Below are positions 40,001 through 50,866 of a DNA stretch of 64,000 nt, piece after piece. This stretch comes from Desulfatiglandales bacterium (GTDB taxonomy: Bacteria; Desulfobacterota; DSM-4660; Desulfatiglandales; HGW-15). Location: positions 1,856,001 to 1,920,000 of the forward strand of contig CAXXJJ010000001.1 of NCBI GenBank assembly GCA_963667015.2. Reading direction: 5' to 3'. Below the pieces are notes generated by a model that saw only the letters and a list, made by a program, of their open reading frames with translations, made no database searches and was not told the DNA's origin. The stretch's first letter is position 1. Each line of letters opens with the position of its first letter. The position numbers were made by a program, and so were the translations under genes.

Positions 40001-40666
40001 ATGAAGAGATTCGAAATTATCAGACCTGTTATGCTTTTGACTTTATTTATTTTTCTCATTCCTTTAATGAATGGCTGTTCTTCGGCCTATTACGGCGCAA
40101 TGGAAAAAATAGGTTTCCATAAGAGGGATATTCTTGTTGACCGTGTCGAAGATGCAAGGGACGCCCAGGCAGAGGCCCAGGAGCAGTTTAAGTCTGCCCT
40201 TGAACAATTCTCTTCCGTTGTCCAGGTTGAAGATACTGATCTGAAAAAGGCCTATGAGAAGCTTAATTTTGAATATGAACAGAGTGAGGAATCCGCCCGG
40301 AATGTTTCAGACCGGATAGACAAGGTAGAATCGGTGGCTGAAGCGCTGTTTAAGGAATGGGAGAGCGAGCTGGAACTTTATAAAAGCAATGAATTAAGAA
40401 ATGCAAGCAGCAGGCAGCTCCGGGAAACAAGAGAAAGATACAGTAAAATGCTGCAGAGCATGCATCAGGCAGAGAGCAGCATGACCCCTGTATTACGCAC
40501 TTTTAGGGACAATGTGCTGTTTTTAAAACATAATCTCAATGCCCAGGCCGTTGGATCCCTGCGTATGGAGTTTAAAAATTTAAAGGGGGAGATAGACCGG
40601 CTTATAATAAAAATGAATACCGCAATAGATACTTCGAACAGTTTTATTTCGAACCTGGAAAAGTAG
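40001..40666 (+). CDS. DUF2959 family lipoprotein
   Basis: Lipobox MNGC; YYGAMEKIGFHKRDILVDRV; FLKHNLNAQA. Confidence 0.88.
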   Translation: MKRFEIIRPVMLLTLFIFLIPLMNGCSSAYYGAMEKIGFHKRDILVDRVEDARDAQAEAQEQFKSALEQFSSVVQVEDTDLKKAYEKLNFEYEQSEESARNVSDRIDKVESVAEALFKEWESELELYKSNELRNASSRQLRETRERYSKMLQSMHQAESSMTPVLRTFRDNVLFLKHNLNAQAVGSLRMEFKNLKGEIDRLIIKMNTAIDTSNSFISNLEK

Positions 40667-40832
40667 AGTCTGAACCCAGTATATGCAGCCCCTGAATTAT
40701 TCAGGAGCTGACAAGAGTATAGTATTTTTAAATGAGGAAAGCGGTGTCTTGTTATGATAGATTTTGTGTGATATTAAGGGTGCATAATATATTTTATGAT
40801 TAGTTTTAGCTTTGAACATAGTGGAGGATTTA

Positions 40833-41852
40833 ATGTCAGCACATTTAACAGAAAAAGAAAATTTTTTGCGGGTTGCACGGGGTGAACTTCCCGAGTATGT
40901 TCCCGTTGTATCTAAAAAGTCTTTTAACGACCCACCCCTTATGGCTATCTGTGATCCTGCCATAATAGGAGACTTCAGGGGCCCCAGGGGAGGTTTTGAT
41001 CCATGGGGTGTTCCTTATATTGTCAGTGAAGCTGCTGAGTTTACGGCAATGCCCAGGCCGAGTGATTTTATCTTAACAGATATAACAAAATGGAGAGATG
41101 TGATAAAGGCCCCGGACCATTCAGGTTTTGACTGGGAGGCCGCGGCAAAGGCTGACTGGAAAAAGTATATTAAAGACCCGGATGTTACTTCACTTACTAT
41201 AGCAGGGTTTGCCGATTTTTTTCAGCAGTTCATCGGTATGATGGGATTTACCGAGGGCCTTATGGCAATCTACGAAGAAAGGGAAGAAGTCGAGGCGTTA
41301 TTCGATTATATGCTTGAATACTCCCTTTATATTACAAAAAATCTTATCCACTACTATAAGCCGGACGGGTATTATCTTCTGGATGATACCGCGACTCAGA
41401 TGAATTCATTTATATCTCCGCAGGTATTTGAGGAGCTCTTGGTTCCCAGGTATAAAAAATGTCTCGACATTGCACATGACGCCGGTATCCCTGTCTTCTA
41501 TCATAACTGCGGTAAGTGCGAAAATCTTATGCCCTATATGGTTGATATCGGCGTTAATGTATGGGATCCGGCCCAGACAATGAATGACCTGCCTGCCATG
41601 AAAAAGAGATACGGGCGCCGTCTGGCCATCAACGGCGGATTTGAGTATTATATGCCGCCCACATGGCCGGAATTTGATGAAGAAGAGGTCAGGAACGCTG
41701 TTCGTGAAACATTTGATATGCTGGCCCCTGATGGGGGTTTCATGTTCAATGGAGGAGTCAAATCACTTGATTTTAAAAATCCTGATGTTCAGAGGATTAA
41801 TGCAGTGATTATTGATGAAGCGGAAAAATTGAGCGGGCAGTATTACAGCTAA
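40833..41852 (+). CDS. Uroporphyrinogen-decarboxylase-family protein (corrinoid methyltransferase/O-demethylase-like)
   Basis: LTEKENFLRVARGELPEYVP, LTDITKWRDVIKAP, HNCG zinc motif, LAPDGGF. Confidence 0.75.
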   Translation: MSAHLTEKENFLRVARGELPEYVPVVSKKSFNDPPLMAICDPAIIGDFRGPRGGFDPWGVPYIVSEAAEFTAMPRPSDFILTDITKWRDVIKAPDHSGFDWEAAAKADWKKYIKDPDVTSLTIAGFADFFQQFIGMMGFTEGLMAIYEEREEVEALFDYMLEYSLYITKNLIHYYKPDGYYLLDDTATQMNSFISPQVFEELLVPRYKKCLDIAHDAGIPVFYHNCGKCENLMPYMVDIGVNVWDPAQTMNDLPAMKKRYGRRLAINGGFEYYMPPTWPEFDEEEVRNAVRETFDMLAPDGGFMFNGGVKSLDFKNPDVQRINAVIIDEAEKLSGQYYS

Positions 41853-41884
41853 TCCCGAATCCGGATAGCTAGGACATTACCTGT

Positions 41885-41916
41885 AAAAGCGGGAGAGACG
41901 CATCACTCCCGCTTTT
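41885..41916. terminator. Bidirectional terminator between convergent genes
   Basis: aaaagcgggag...ctcccgctttt. Confidence 0.75.
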
Positions 41917-41947
41917 ATATTGGATTTTTTAAACTGATGAAAAAGTA

Positions 41948-44515
41948 TTAATCAAAATACCAGATACGTTTAATAGTAAATGCCCATTCCTGTGGACGTC
42001 CTGGCTGACCGTTGACATATCCAGCTGCGGTCATAAGATCGTAAATAGTCAAATAATAATATTTATCGAACAGGTTTGTACCCTCAAGGCTGGCCTGCCA
42101 CTTTAGATCCAGTGAACGCCATGTAATACGTCCGTTGGTAATGCTGTATGACGGGACCTTGCCTGATGTACTGTTGATGGCAGCGGTATATTGATCATCC
42201 TGCCACGAAAAATCAATACGTGGCGTCAAATCTCCATATTTTCCAAGATCAAACCTGTACTGAGCGCCAAGGCTGAACTGATTTTCAGGTGTGAAAGGCG
42301 CTGAACTGTCGATGGAGACTCCTGTTGTCGTATCTATCTTAGTATATTTAAAGTCAAGATAAGAGTATGAAAAATCAACCAAAAGGGACTTTGTCGGACG
42401 CCATGAGCCTTCAAGTTCCAGGCCTTTAACTTCCGCGTCACCGACATTTGCTACACTTGCGCATGGAGTTTGCTGACCTTCCGGAGCCCATGAGCATTCA
42501 CTTACAAGTAACTGGAGGTCCGTATAATCATTGAAAAAGACCGATCCGTTAAGACGCATCTTGCCGAACAGTGTGCTTTTAAAGCCGGCCTCATAGTTAA
42601 TGAGCTCTTCAGGTTCAGTGGCGTGTAGCTGGGTTGGAAAGAATGGGCGTGCATTATTGCCGCCGGCCTTGTAACCGGTAGCGAGCTGGGTGTACACCAT
42701 AATGTTATCATTGATGTCATAATCAAGGGCAATACGATAATCCATACGGTTGCTTGAATAGGAGAGTGACACTCCATCCAATCCAAATACACCGGCATTA
42801 GCCACATTGCCAGCCTCAAAAAAACCAATATCTGTAACGGGGTACAATGCAACAGCAGATCCGTCAGGATTATGACGATGGAATGTGTAGCTCTTTTCAT
42901 CCTTTGAATAGCGAAGGCCAAGTGTCAGGTTCGTCCGGTCGGTCAGGTGCAGGTTCGCCTGGCCATAGGCAGCCTTGCTTTTTGATGGAACTATGTCAGG
43001 GCCATGATAGAAGTCAAGACCCGAATAATTAATATCCACCCGTGCGTCCTCATTTGTCTCCTTATCGAGATAAAATATTCCAACCGTTGCATCGACAAAG
43101 CCGTCAAAGAGCGAGGTATTCAGCCTGATTTCCTGTGTCCACTGATCGTGAATCATCCTCTGAAGTAATTGCTGCAGTGCCAGTGGTGACCCATCATTAT
43201 CATCAGCGAAACTGTTTGTGTACTTACGGTATGATGAAATAGATTTCAGCGCGGTATTATCGGTTATCTTCCAGTTAAAACTGAGAGTATAATCCTTTGA
43301 CTGAAAATGATTGATCGGAGGTAAAGCACTGGGTTTGTATACGCTTATGTCCTGGCCCGGATTACCACCTACGTAATAGGGACTGGGGGTACTCCTGCCA
43401 TCATCGATGTAAGTCGCGTAGTTGATATAGGTACCTCCTGTTACAAAACGGTTATCGTAGGGAATATCGGTCCCCGCATCGTAGGTTCCGTTGCCGTTGT
43501 TATCATAGAAGATAGGCACTAAAGAAACCGAGTTAGGATTAAAGGCAGGGCTCAAAATCGGTGCTCCTCCTTCCGGATTGGAAATCACCGGAACAGATGT
43601 TCCTGAATTATCTACTGCATCTATCAGCACGGTTGGTTGAGATTCCGATTTGTCGTTCACGATATTAACCGAAAAATTTACCTCAAAATTATCGGTTGGT
43701 ATCCAGCGCAGAGCAAAGCGTCCGGCGGTCATGCTCTGACCGCCTTCTTTGGCAAGCTCGCAGTTGTCTCCAAAGGTTGTATAAGAGGGTAAACCACCAG
43801 GGTTACCGGGAGCCGGCAGGTTATGTGCACATGCATAATCCATGCGGGTGACATAGCCATCTCTTGAACGGGATGTCCCTGAGATGCGCATGAAAAGATT
43901 GTCAGTGATTGAGAAATCGCCTGCTCCTCTGATATCAAGCCGGTTAAATTTACCAAATGTTGTCGAAAAGTAGCCTTCATTTTGTCCTTCCGGCTTGCGT
44001 GAGAATAGTTTTATCGCACCACCTATGGCATTGCGCCCGGCCAGTGTCCCCTGGGGACCGCGCAGAACCTCTACTCGTTCAAGATCCAGAAGATCAAGAA
44101 TATTCCCTGTGATTGTCGCATAATAGACATCCTCTACATATATACCGACTCCGGGTTCTACCGATGGATTGAAGTCAGTCTGACCAACGCCTCTTATGAA
44201 AGCGACAAGAGAACTGCCCATTGAAGCGTTATTGGGTTTGAGTGTTACGTTCGGTGCCTGCATGGCTATCTGATCCAGGCTGACCTGGTTTCGCATTTCA
44301 AGCATGTCAGAATTGATTGCAGTTATTGAAAGAGGAGTATCCTGTAAGGCTTTTTCGCGGAACTCGGCTGTAACAACGATTTCCTCAAGAGTGAATTCAT
44401 CGTCGGCAGTATTATTTTCCTGTCCGAATGCCGCGCCAAAGGACAGCAGTAAAGATGATGCCAGTACGAAATTAAGTACACGAGTAACATAAGTAATCCG
44501 GTTTTGTGCTTTCAT
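41948..44515 (-). CDS. TonB-dependent receptor
   Basis: TonB box LEEIVVTA, plug motif ERVEVLRGPQGTLAGRNAIGG, NLFDKYY. Confidence 0.93.
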   Translation of the reverse strand: MKAQNRITYVTRVLNFVLASSLLLSFGAAFGQENNTADDEFTLEEIVVTAEFREKALQDTPLSITAINSDMLEMRNQVSLDQIAMQAPNVTLKPNNASMGSSLVAFIRGVGQTDFNPSVEPGVGIYVEDVYYATITGNILDLLDLERVEVLRGPQGTLAGRNAIGGAIKLFSRKPEGQNEGYFSTTFGKFNRLDIRGAGDFSITDNLFMRISGTSRSRDGYVTRMDYACAHNLPAPGNPGGLPSYTTFGDNCELAKEGGQSMTAGRFALRWIPTDNFEVNFSVNIVNDKSESQPTVLIDAVDNSGTSVPVISNPEGGAPILSPAFNPNSVSLVPIFYDNNGNGTYDAGTDIPYDNRFVTGGTYINYATYIDDGRSTPSPYYVGGNPGQDISVYKPSALPPINHFQSKDYTLSFNWKITDNTALKSISSYRKYTNSFADDNDGSPLALQQLLQRMIHDQWTQEIRLNTSLFDGFVDATVGIFYLDKETNEDARVDINYSGLDFYHGPDIVPSKSKAAYGQANLHLTDRTNLTLGLRYSKDEKSYTFHRHNPDGSAVALYPVTDIGFFEAGNVANAGVFGLDGVSLSYSSNRMDYRIALDYDINDNIMVYTQLATGYKAGGNNARPFFPTQLHATEPEELINYEAGFKSTLFGKMRLNGSVFFNDYTDLQLLVSECSWAPEGQQTPCASVANVGDAEVKGLELEGSWRPTKSLLVDFSYSYLDFKYTKIDTTTGVSIDSSAPFTPENQFSLGAQYRFDLGKYGDLTPRIDFSWQDDQYTAAINSTSGKVPSYSITNGRITWRSLDLKWQASLEGTNLFDKYYYLTIYDLMTAAGYVNGQPGRPQEWAFTIKRIWYFD

Positions 44516-45055
44516 TAAGTCCCCCTTTTAATGAAAAAAGTTAATAAAATACTACCTTGCCGGCTTTTTTACAGTGATGCTCCATGTTCTCCTGTAAAGG
44601 TGTGGAAAGGCATATATTATGTCGCGATGCGACGAAAAACCCGATACCTTTAAGACATAAAAAAATCGATATTTAAAGACAATGAAAGAAAACACAGGAC
44701 GTATAAAACTATAACTGTTGAAACATTTAGCTATACTATGAGACGCCGAAGGAGGAGGAGATTATGTAGTAAGAATTATCAACAGAGCGCATTCACATAT
44801 TTATTTTATAGCACAAAGCCAAAATGAAAATAAAAAAGTGTAACTGCGAAACAGATAAGGCAAATACTTTTTATGCAAAAATTGTTGAAAAAATTGGTTT
44901 ATAAACCGATTTAAAATATTTTTTTACGGCTATAAATTTATGTTTAATGAATAGTTAAAAAGATATTTAAAACAATTTTTTATAGAAAAAAGTAATTTGT
45001 GTGTCAATATAATTTTGTTCTGCTCCTGTTGCGTAGAAGTATTCTTCATGTGTTA

Positions 45056-45701
45056 CTAACTAATAAGCGGAAGGATGAATATGGCTGCATTCCCCAGGAT
45101 ATGAATGACAATAGGGACCATGAGACTCTTCTCAACTTCGTAGGAAACAGCAAATAGTATTCCGCCTGCAGCCTGAGTTACAGGGATACTCCTTATATTA
45201 TTATGAGCAAGAATAAAAATAATGGTGCTGATAGACCAGGGCTGCAGCTATCCCCCATCTTCGAAAAAAGCCGTATAATATCCCCCTGAAAAAAAGCTCT
45301 TCAGCCGCAGGGCTAATAATACAGGCAACAAGTAAAAATAGAAAAAGGTCTCTATTATTTTCAGGCAGTCGAGAATGAATAAGTGTTAGCGGGTTTATTC
45401 CTGTGAAATACAGTATTAGAAAAACAAGACAGGTTGCCATGCCGAAAATAACCGACCAGAGCAGGCCTTTTTTTATGCCTTTGATGATGGTGGAAGGACT
45501 TAATCCTATTGAAAACATTCCTCCTTCCCATACCATCACAACCCATATAATCGCTGCTATTTCAAGAAGGCGTTCAATGCCGACAATCAGAACAGGGCGT
45601 ATATATAGGACTTGATCAAGAAATATCGCGGTGCCTTCAATAATTGCAATAGATGCTATTACGATAAATAAAGTTTTTACTTTGATATTGTCTGTTTCCA
45701 T
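45056..45701 (-). pseudogene. CPBP (CAAX/Abi) intramembrane protease with a +1 frameshift near 45233
   Basis: EELFFRG motif in frame 1; FILAH and HILGN motifs in the shifted frame, ending at TAG 45056. Confidence 0.75.
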
Positions 45702-47230
45702 CCCAGAGCTCTCAATGCTTTATAGGCATACCATTGTTCATACCAGTGGTCTGATAATTGAATTCTTTCCAGTATCATACTGACTGAACTTTTTGCGCCT
45801 CTCTGTCCCAGAGAATAAAATGCCATACATACCACATTGGGACACTGGTCATTCATTAACTTCAACAGGGTTTTATAGCCTTCAGGGTCACGGCTTCTTC
45901 CCAGAGCCTTTGCCAGCCAGTAGCGAACAGGTATGTATGGACTTGACAACATTTCCTGATAGTCCTCAAACCGGGATATATCCATTTCATTTTCATCTAT
46001 TGTTCTCAAGGCCATAACCCTGTCATACCAGCGGGCGGAGTCCAGGGCTTCAGGTAGATTTAACTCATCTATTCGTTTTCCTGAAATGTTGTAAAGAAAT
46101 ACAGAGAATAAAACTGCAATAGTCAGACATGCATATAATGAAAGACTGCTGGCGTGCCTGTAAGAAAGAAACAGATTAAGAAAAAATCCCAGTATACTGT
46201 AGAAAAAAATAAACAGGGTGAGAGGAAGTCCGGTCAACAGGGATAAAAATATAAAATACCGGAAAAAGCTAAGCCTGTCTGTTTTCATCGAGATTTCACT
46301 TAAGGTTTTTTGGGTATTTTTGAGGAAATCCATGGTCGAGGTTGTCAGGATGATACTTCCTTTACTGCTGAAGATCAGTGAATTATCCTGTTCATCTATA
46401 GCTAAATCAACTTTGGCAGCTTCATTATTTATTTCAATAAAGTCGAAATTAATCAGCCTCTTTTTTATTTGATCTGTAAGGTTTTTATCTCGAACATTAT
46501 CAAACCTGTATGTCTTTAATATTTTCTGATCCAGAGATTTTATGGCCTCTGCCGGATACAGTGTATATTGATAGTAAAAGTCATTAACCTTTTTCCCCGG
46601 GTTATTGGTAAGAAGGAGATAATCCCTCACATCTGTAAATATCCCGCTGTCGATCCGGAGAGCCGATAATGTTACTATCAGCAGGATTGGAAAGATAAAA
46701 AGAATCCTAGGCAGGTAACCGGTATTTTTATATTGAGCAGGAGGCATATATCTTGACGCTGCAATAAATACAATTGATGGTATGAAAAGGAAATATGCAG
46801 TTATTAATGGACTGAAACCATTTTTGTTTGTTAATACCATTAATCCCGTCCAGAGAATTAAAAACGGGATTAATAATTTTATTTCACGTTTAAAAAGACG
46901 ATCCCATGTAAAGGCCGAAGCAAGTCCAAGAAGAGATAGAAGGGCTCCGGCACTCAATGAAAAGAAAAGACCGCCGAAAAAAGCCGGGCTAAATTCCTGA
47001 AGGCTGTTCATTATATTGTGGTTGGGAATGATTAGATAGCCAACATTATTTAAATTCTCAAGGCTGCGGAAAAGTTCGGTGTTTGAGAGGTAGATATGTA
47101 TTGTTGCAATAACCTGGGCCCCAGCAAGCCCAAGGAAAAGCATCCTACCTGAAAAGAAATGCCCGGTAAAAAGAAAACTGAAACCTGTGGATACTGCCGG
47201 TTTATCAGGCTGCTTTAATTTTTCACCCAA
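45677..47230 (-). CDS. Multi-pass membrane protein with C-terminal HEAT repeats
   Basis: Several hydrophobic helices; VRYWLAKALG / VVCMAFYSLG HEAT-like repeats. Confidence 0.75.
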   Translation of the reverse strand: MGEKLKQPDKPAVSTGFSFLFTGHFFSGRMLFLGLAGAQVIATIHIYLSNTELFRSLENLNNVGYLIIPNHNIMNSLQEFSPAFFGGLFFSLSAGALLSLLGLASAFTWDRLFKREIKLLIPFLILWTGLMVLTNKNGFSPLITAYFLFIPSIVFIAASRYMPPAQYKNTGYLPRILFIFPILLIVTLSALRIDSGIFTDVRDYLLLTNNPGKKVNDFYYQYTLYPAEAIKSLDQKILKTYRFDNVRDKNLTDQIKKRLINFDFIEINNEAAKVDLAIDEQDNSLIFSSKGSIILTTSTMDFLKNTQKTLSEISMKTDRLSFFRYFIFLSLLTGLPLTLFIFFYSILGFFLNLFLSYRHASSLSLYACLTIAVLFSVFLYNISGKRIDELNLPEALDSARWYDRVMALRTIDENEMDISRFEDYQEMLSSPYIPVRYWLAKALGRSRDPEGYKTLLKLMNDQCPNVVCMAFYSLGQRGAKSSVSMILERIQLSDHWYEQWYAYKALRALGWKQTISK

Positions 47231-47277
47231 TGAACGGTCTCCTTTTCAACAGGGAGTTAGCTTGTTCGGTCAGCTGT

Positions 47278-48597
47278 TTATTTTCTCAAGGTACGCCCAT
47301 GCTGGATGAATCTTGTGCCTTCAGGGTATTTACCCATGTCTCTGTTCAGTGTCACAACCAGGAAAGATGCATTTGAAGGATCTGCATCAAAGCCGAAGTC
47401 CAGGTCGATGGTGACGTGGTTTCCCGAATCAATATCATATCCCTGCCGGTCGGTTACCGAAAGAGCTTTTATATTACGGACAGCTTTATTGGATTTGTTT
47501 ATACCAATTACCTTAAAGGTGCCTCCTGTAAGGTCCTTTTCAGTGATAATTGAATCTTTTCCAAGGTCAACTACCAGCCTGGTAATTGCCATTCCATAAT
47601 CCTTGTGCTTTGATATCCGTGTGAATTTTCCCATTTCTTTACGGATTGATTCTGCATATTCTTCTTCTGCCTCTTTGTTCCATGATATTGCTGCTGTTCC
47701 GAACTTGAATTTGGTATCCATAAAGGGAATCGAAACAGACATTTTCTCGGATTCGGCAATTCCCAGCCCCATTCTTTCTATAAGTGATTCCATATCATAA
47801 ATATACTGCATTGTCAGTTTTTCAAGGTTGCCGCGCTGCCAGCCATGTCCTCCATATATGACAAGTTTAGTCTCGTCAATATCATGCTCCGGACTCTTTA
47901 TATATCTGATCAGTGTATTTATACTTTCAATATATGTATAAAAACTTTCTTTATTAAAGAGCCATACGCCGCTTCCCGAACCGACTGCATCGCCTGTGAA
48001 TACGATATTTTTATTTTCAAGAAAGAAAACCGTGGAGTGAGCCGTGTGCCCCGGTACTTCCAGTGTATCGATCTTCATCCCTCCTCCAAGATCAAATGAG
48101 GCATTTTGAGGGAAAAAGGAAGTTCGTTTTTTGGGAAAGATATCCTTGCCCTTAAACTCGTTTTCCGGAATCCAGAATTTTACTCCTGAATCGTCTTTAA
48201 ACACAGGAAGCATTCCAAGGTGATCACCATGGTTATGGGTAATTGTGATAAAGAGTTCACTGCTGCCAATCAGGTCATCGACTATGGAACGAAGGGATAC
48301 TCCGGTAGTCTTATCCCATTTTACATCATTTGACAGGTCAATCAGAAGTGCCTTTTTAGAGCCCCTTATGAGGTATATATCCGAAGAGTTGTTCATTCGG
48401 ACTATCTGACCGTCGTCACCGGTGACAATGCCTGAAGGATTGCTGTCGTTAGCATCCTCTATATTATAGACGTTTTCTGTAAGTTTTTTTACGGTATATG
48501 GTCCTTTTTGTATTGGCTGTGCAGATAATGAGAGACTGAGTAAAAAGGAAAAAAACAGCATAAAAGAAATTTTTTTTATCATAATTAAACCATCCAT
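47278..48597 (-). CDS. Secreted MBL-fold metallo-hydrolase
   Basis: Signal peptide; THNHGDH, PGHT, FTGD, GGHG. Confidence 0.85.
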   Translation of the reverse strand: MDGLIMIKKISFMLFFSFLLSLSLSAQPIQKGPYTVKKLTENVYNIEDANDSNPSGIVTGDDGQIVRMNNSSDIYLIRGSKKALLIDLSNDVKWDKTTGVSLRSIVDDLIGSSELFITITHNHGDHLGMLPVFKDDSGVKFWIPENEFKGKDIFPKKRTSFFPQNASFDLGGGMKIDTLEVPGHTAHSTVFFLENKNIVFTGDAVGSGSGVWLFNKESFYTYIESINTLIRYIKSPEHDIDETKLVIYGGHGWQRGNLEKLTMQYIYDMESLIERMGLGIAESEKMSVSIPFMDTKFKFGTAAISWNKEAEEEYAESIRKEMGKFTRISKHKDYGMAITRLVVDLGKDSIITEKDLTGGTFKVIGINKSNKAVRNIKALSVTDRQGYDIDSGNHVTIDLDFGFDADPSNASFLVVTLNRDMGKYPEGTRFIQHGRTLRK

Positions 48598-49099
48598 ATA
48601 TTATTCGGAACCTGAAAACGTTTTTTTCGTCATTGTCTTTGCTCCTTGTATCTTCTTGATAAAAGAAGCTATTTTGTTGTCCAAAGTAATTAAAAATGCA
48701 GAATGTGTCAAGCTAATGAAGGGAATCAGTAAATTTAAACAAAGAAGCCGTTATAAATATGTTTTTTGATGGAATCAGTATTACCAATGCATTTTTTAAA
48801 CAACCTCAGCGTGATTGAAGATGTTTTATCTGCACCTTTGGTATAGATATTGCATTTTAAGTGCAGTGATTTGATTATATTACCTGTTTCAATAAAAAAT
48901 AAATTCTTTGGATTCTGTTTTATTTCGCTTTTATAGGAGCCTGAATCAGGAGTGCATTTTCTATTTAATGATGAGATGAAATGATCTTCAGACTTGCTTT
49001 TGAGAGGCGAGCCGCTGATTTCGACTTGATTACAACTTGAATGATAATTAACCGTGAATTGCCGTGATTTACTAATGAGAACCTTTAAAAGAGGAGTGA

Positions 49100-49504
49100 G
49101 TGATGGGTGAAACAGAGTTGATAAATAACGAAAATATGTCTTTATGGTATGATTCTGTGTCAAAATTTGTACACCATAAGATAAAGAAGAGCCTTCCCAA
49201 GGGTGCATTTGAGGAACTGCTGTCCATGGGAGCTGATTATCTGGAAAAACACGGGATGAAGAAATGGCTTTCAGATGACTCCAATGTCGTAGCAATCACC
49301 AAGGAAGACAGTGAATGGGGTGATAAGGTATGGGCTCCCAGAGTTATTAAAGCGGGTTTTAAATACTGGGCAGTTGTAATGCCGACAAGTGCCATGGGGA
49401 GTCTTCAGATAAACCGGTTTGTCAAGGAGTATCGTGACAAAGGTGTAACGGTTGAGGTTTTTGATTCTGTTGATGCAGCGAAGACCTGGCTTGGAAAAAA
49501 TTAA
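49100..49504 (+). CDS. STAS/SEC14 (SpoIIAA-like) hypothetical protein
   Basis: KWLSDD..GFKYWAVVMP..FDSVDAAKTWL pattern. Confidence 0.6.
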   Translation: MMGETELINNENMSLWYDSVSKFVHHKIKKSLPKGAFEELLSMGADYLEKHGMKKWLSDDSNVVAITKEDSEWGDKVWAPRVIKAGFKYWAVVMPTSAMGSLQINRFVKEYRDKGVTVEVFDSVDAAKTWLGKN

Positions 49505-49596
49505 CATACGAATTTATTACCGAATATTTTTAAAGATCCGGGAAACTGCAGAGGCAAGGCATGCCTTGTCTCTGCAGTGATTGTTCGATAGTTTTT

Positions 49597-50400
49597 CTAC
49601 TGCCGCGCTGTTTTTCCTCCGTCCTGGCAGATGATCTGTCCTGTAATATAGCTGGATGCATCGGACGCCAGCAACAGAATAAGTCCTGAAAGCTCTTCCG
49701 CTTCACCCAGGCGTCCCATTGGGATCCATTCTGCACAGTATTCATCAAGAAACTTATCCATTTCTTTATTCTGCTCTTCGGTATTGCCGGCCCTGCCGAT
49801 CTCCGATCGGTGCATGCCAGGAGCAATTGCATTTATCCTGATATTATCTTTTGCATAATGCATCGCAGTAACCTGGGTAAGGTTGTTTATTGCCGCCTTG
49901 GAGGCGCCATATGATGCGCTTCCGATTTCAGGCACTTCGGCCCTTATGCCTGCAACAGAAGAGATATTTATTATTGATCCCTTTTTATTCTCCAGCATGT
50001 GTGGAATTGTATGTTTCATGCAAAGAAAGGGACCTCTCAGGTTTACGCTTATATTGAAATCCCATTCATCTGTATTGATTTCATGTATCTTGCCAAACCC
50101 TGCGGCAGTACCTGCATTGTTGACCAGAATGTCAATCCTGCCGAATTCCTTCACTGTATCTTCAACCATTTTTTTGATATCTTCTTCTGATGACATATCA
50201 GCTTTTACCGGAAATGCCTTGCGTCCCTGGGCTTTGACCTGCTCAAGGGTAACTTCGCATGCCTTCATATCACGCCCTACACAGGCTACATCAGCTCCAT
50301 ATTCCGCCAATACTGTTGCTATTGCCCTGCCAAGTCCCCTGCTGGCCCCTGTGACAAGGGCAACTTTACCGCTTAAGTCAAATATTCCTTTATCTGTCAT
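49597..50400 (-). CDS. Short-chain dehydrogenase/reductase
   Basis: TGASRGLG, NNAG, YGASK. Confidence 0.93.
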   Translation of the reverse strand: MTDKGIFDLSGKVALVTGASRGLGRAIATVLAEYGADVACVGRDMKACEVTLEQVKAQGRKAFPVKADMSSEEDIKKMVEDTVKEFGRIDILVNNAGTAAGFGKIHEINTDEWDFNISVNLRGPFLCMKHTIPHMLENKKGSIINISSVAGIRAEVPEIGSASYGASKAAINNLTQVTAMHYAKDNIRINAIAPGMHRSEIGRAGNTEEQNKEMDKFLDEYCAEWIPMGRLGEAEELSGLILLLASDASSYITGQIICQDGGKTARQ

Positions 50401-50618
50401 TTAAAATCTCCTTAGGGTTAATCAAGATAAATAAAAATAGGTCAAGATAATTGAAATTGGCTGATATAATGACCTGTTCAGTTATAATTGTTATAACTTA
50501 TCATGTAAAATAAAAAAGCATATTATTTGGGCAATAAGTCTTTGTCAAGTGAGGTGCAGGTTTGGTTATAGAGTAACCTGATGCAGGGAATAATCAGGAA
50601 TTTATTTTCTGAGTTAAT

Positions 50619-50775
50619 TAGTGTCCATCCAGAAATAACAAAAATCCGGATGGAGCTTTCAGCATTCAGCTATCAGCCGTCAGCTAAAGCTCTGCTTTAA
50701 AAGCATTTAGCCAAAAGCTGAACGCTGACAGCTGACCGCGGCTATTCAAAAACGACAGTTTTTGGATGGGCACTA
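50619..50775. mobile_element. MITE-like element with heptamer-repeat core
   Basis: Ends tagtgtccatccagaaa / tttttggatgggcacta, related to the 37.8-kb element ends. Confidence 0.65.
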
Positions 50776-50866
50776 ATTAAAAGAGATGCATAGTAAAATG
50801 AAACATGTTAAAAAAAACACAAAGTCGGTCATGGATTAATTTTGTAATACATAAAGGAGTGTTGCT

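Noticed and set aside
48735..49295. 186-aa minus-strand ORF
   Set aside because: It overlaps the better-supported plus-strand gene 49100-49504 and AT-rich intergenic DNA, with no motifs.
50800..50825. Rex operator upstream of rex
   Set aside because: atgttaaaaaaaacacaa matches the TTGTGAA-N4-TTCACAA consensus too weakly.
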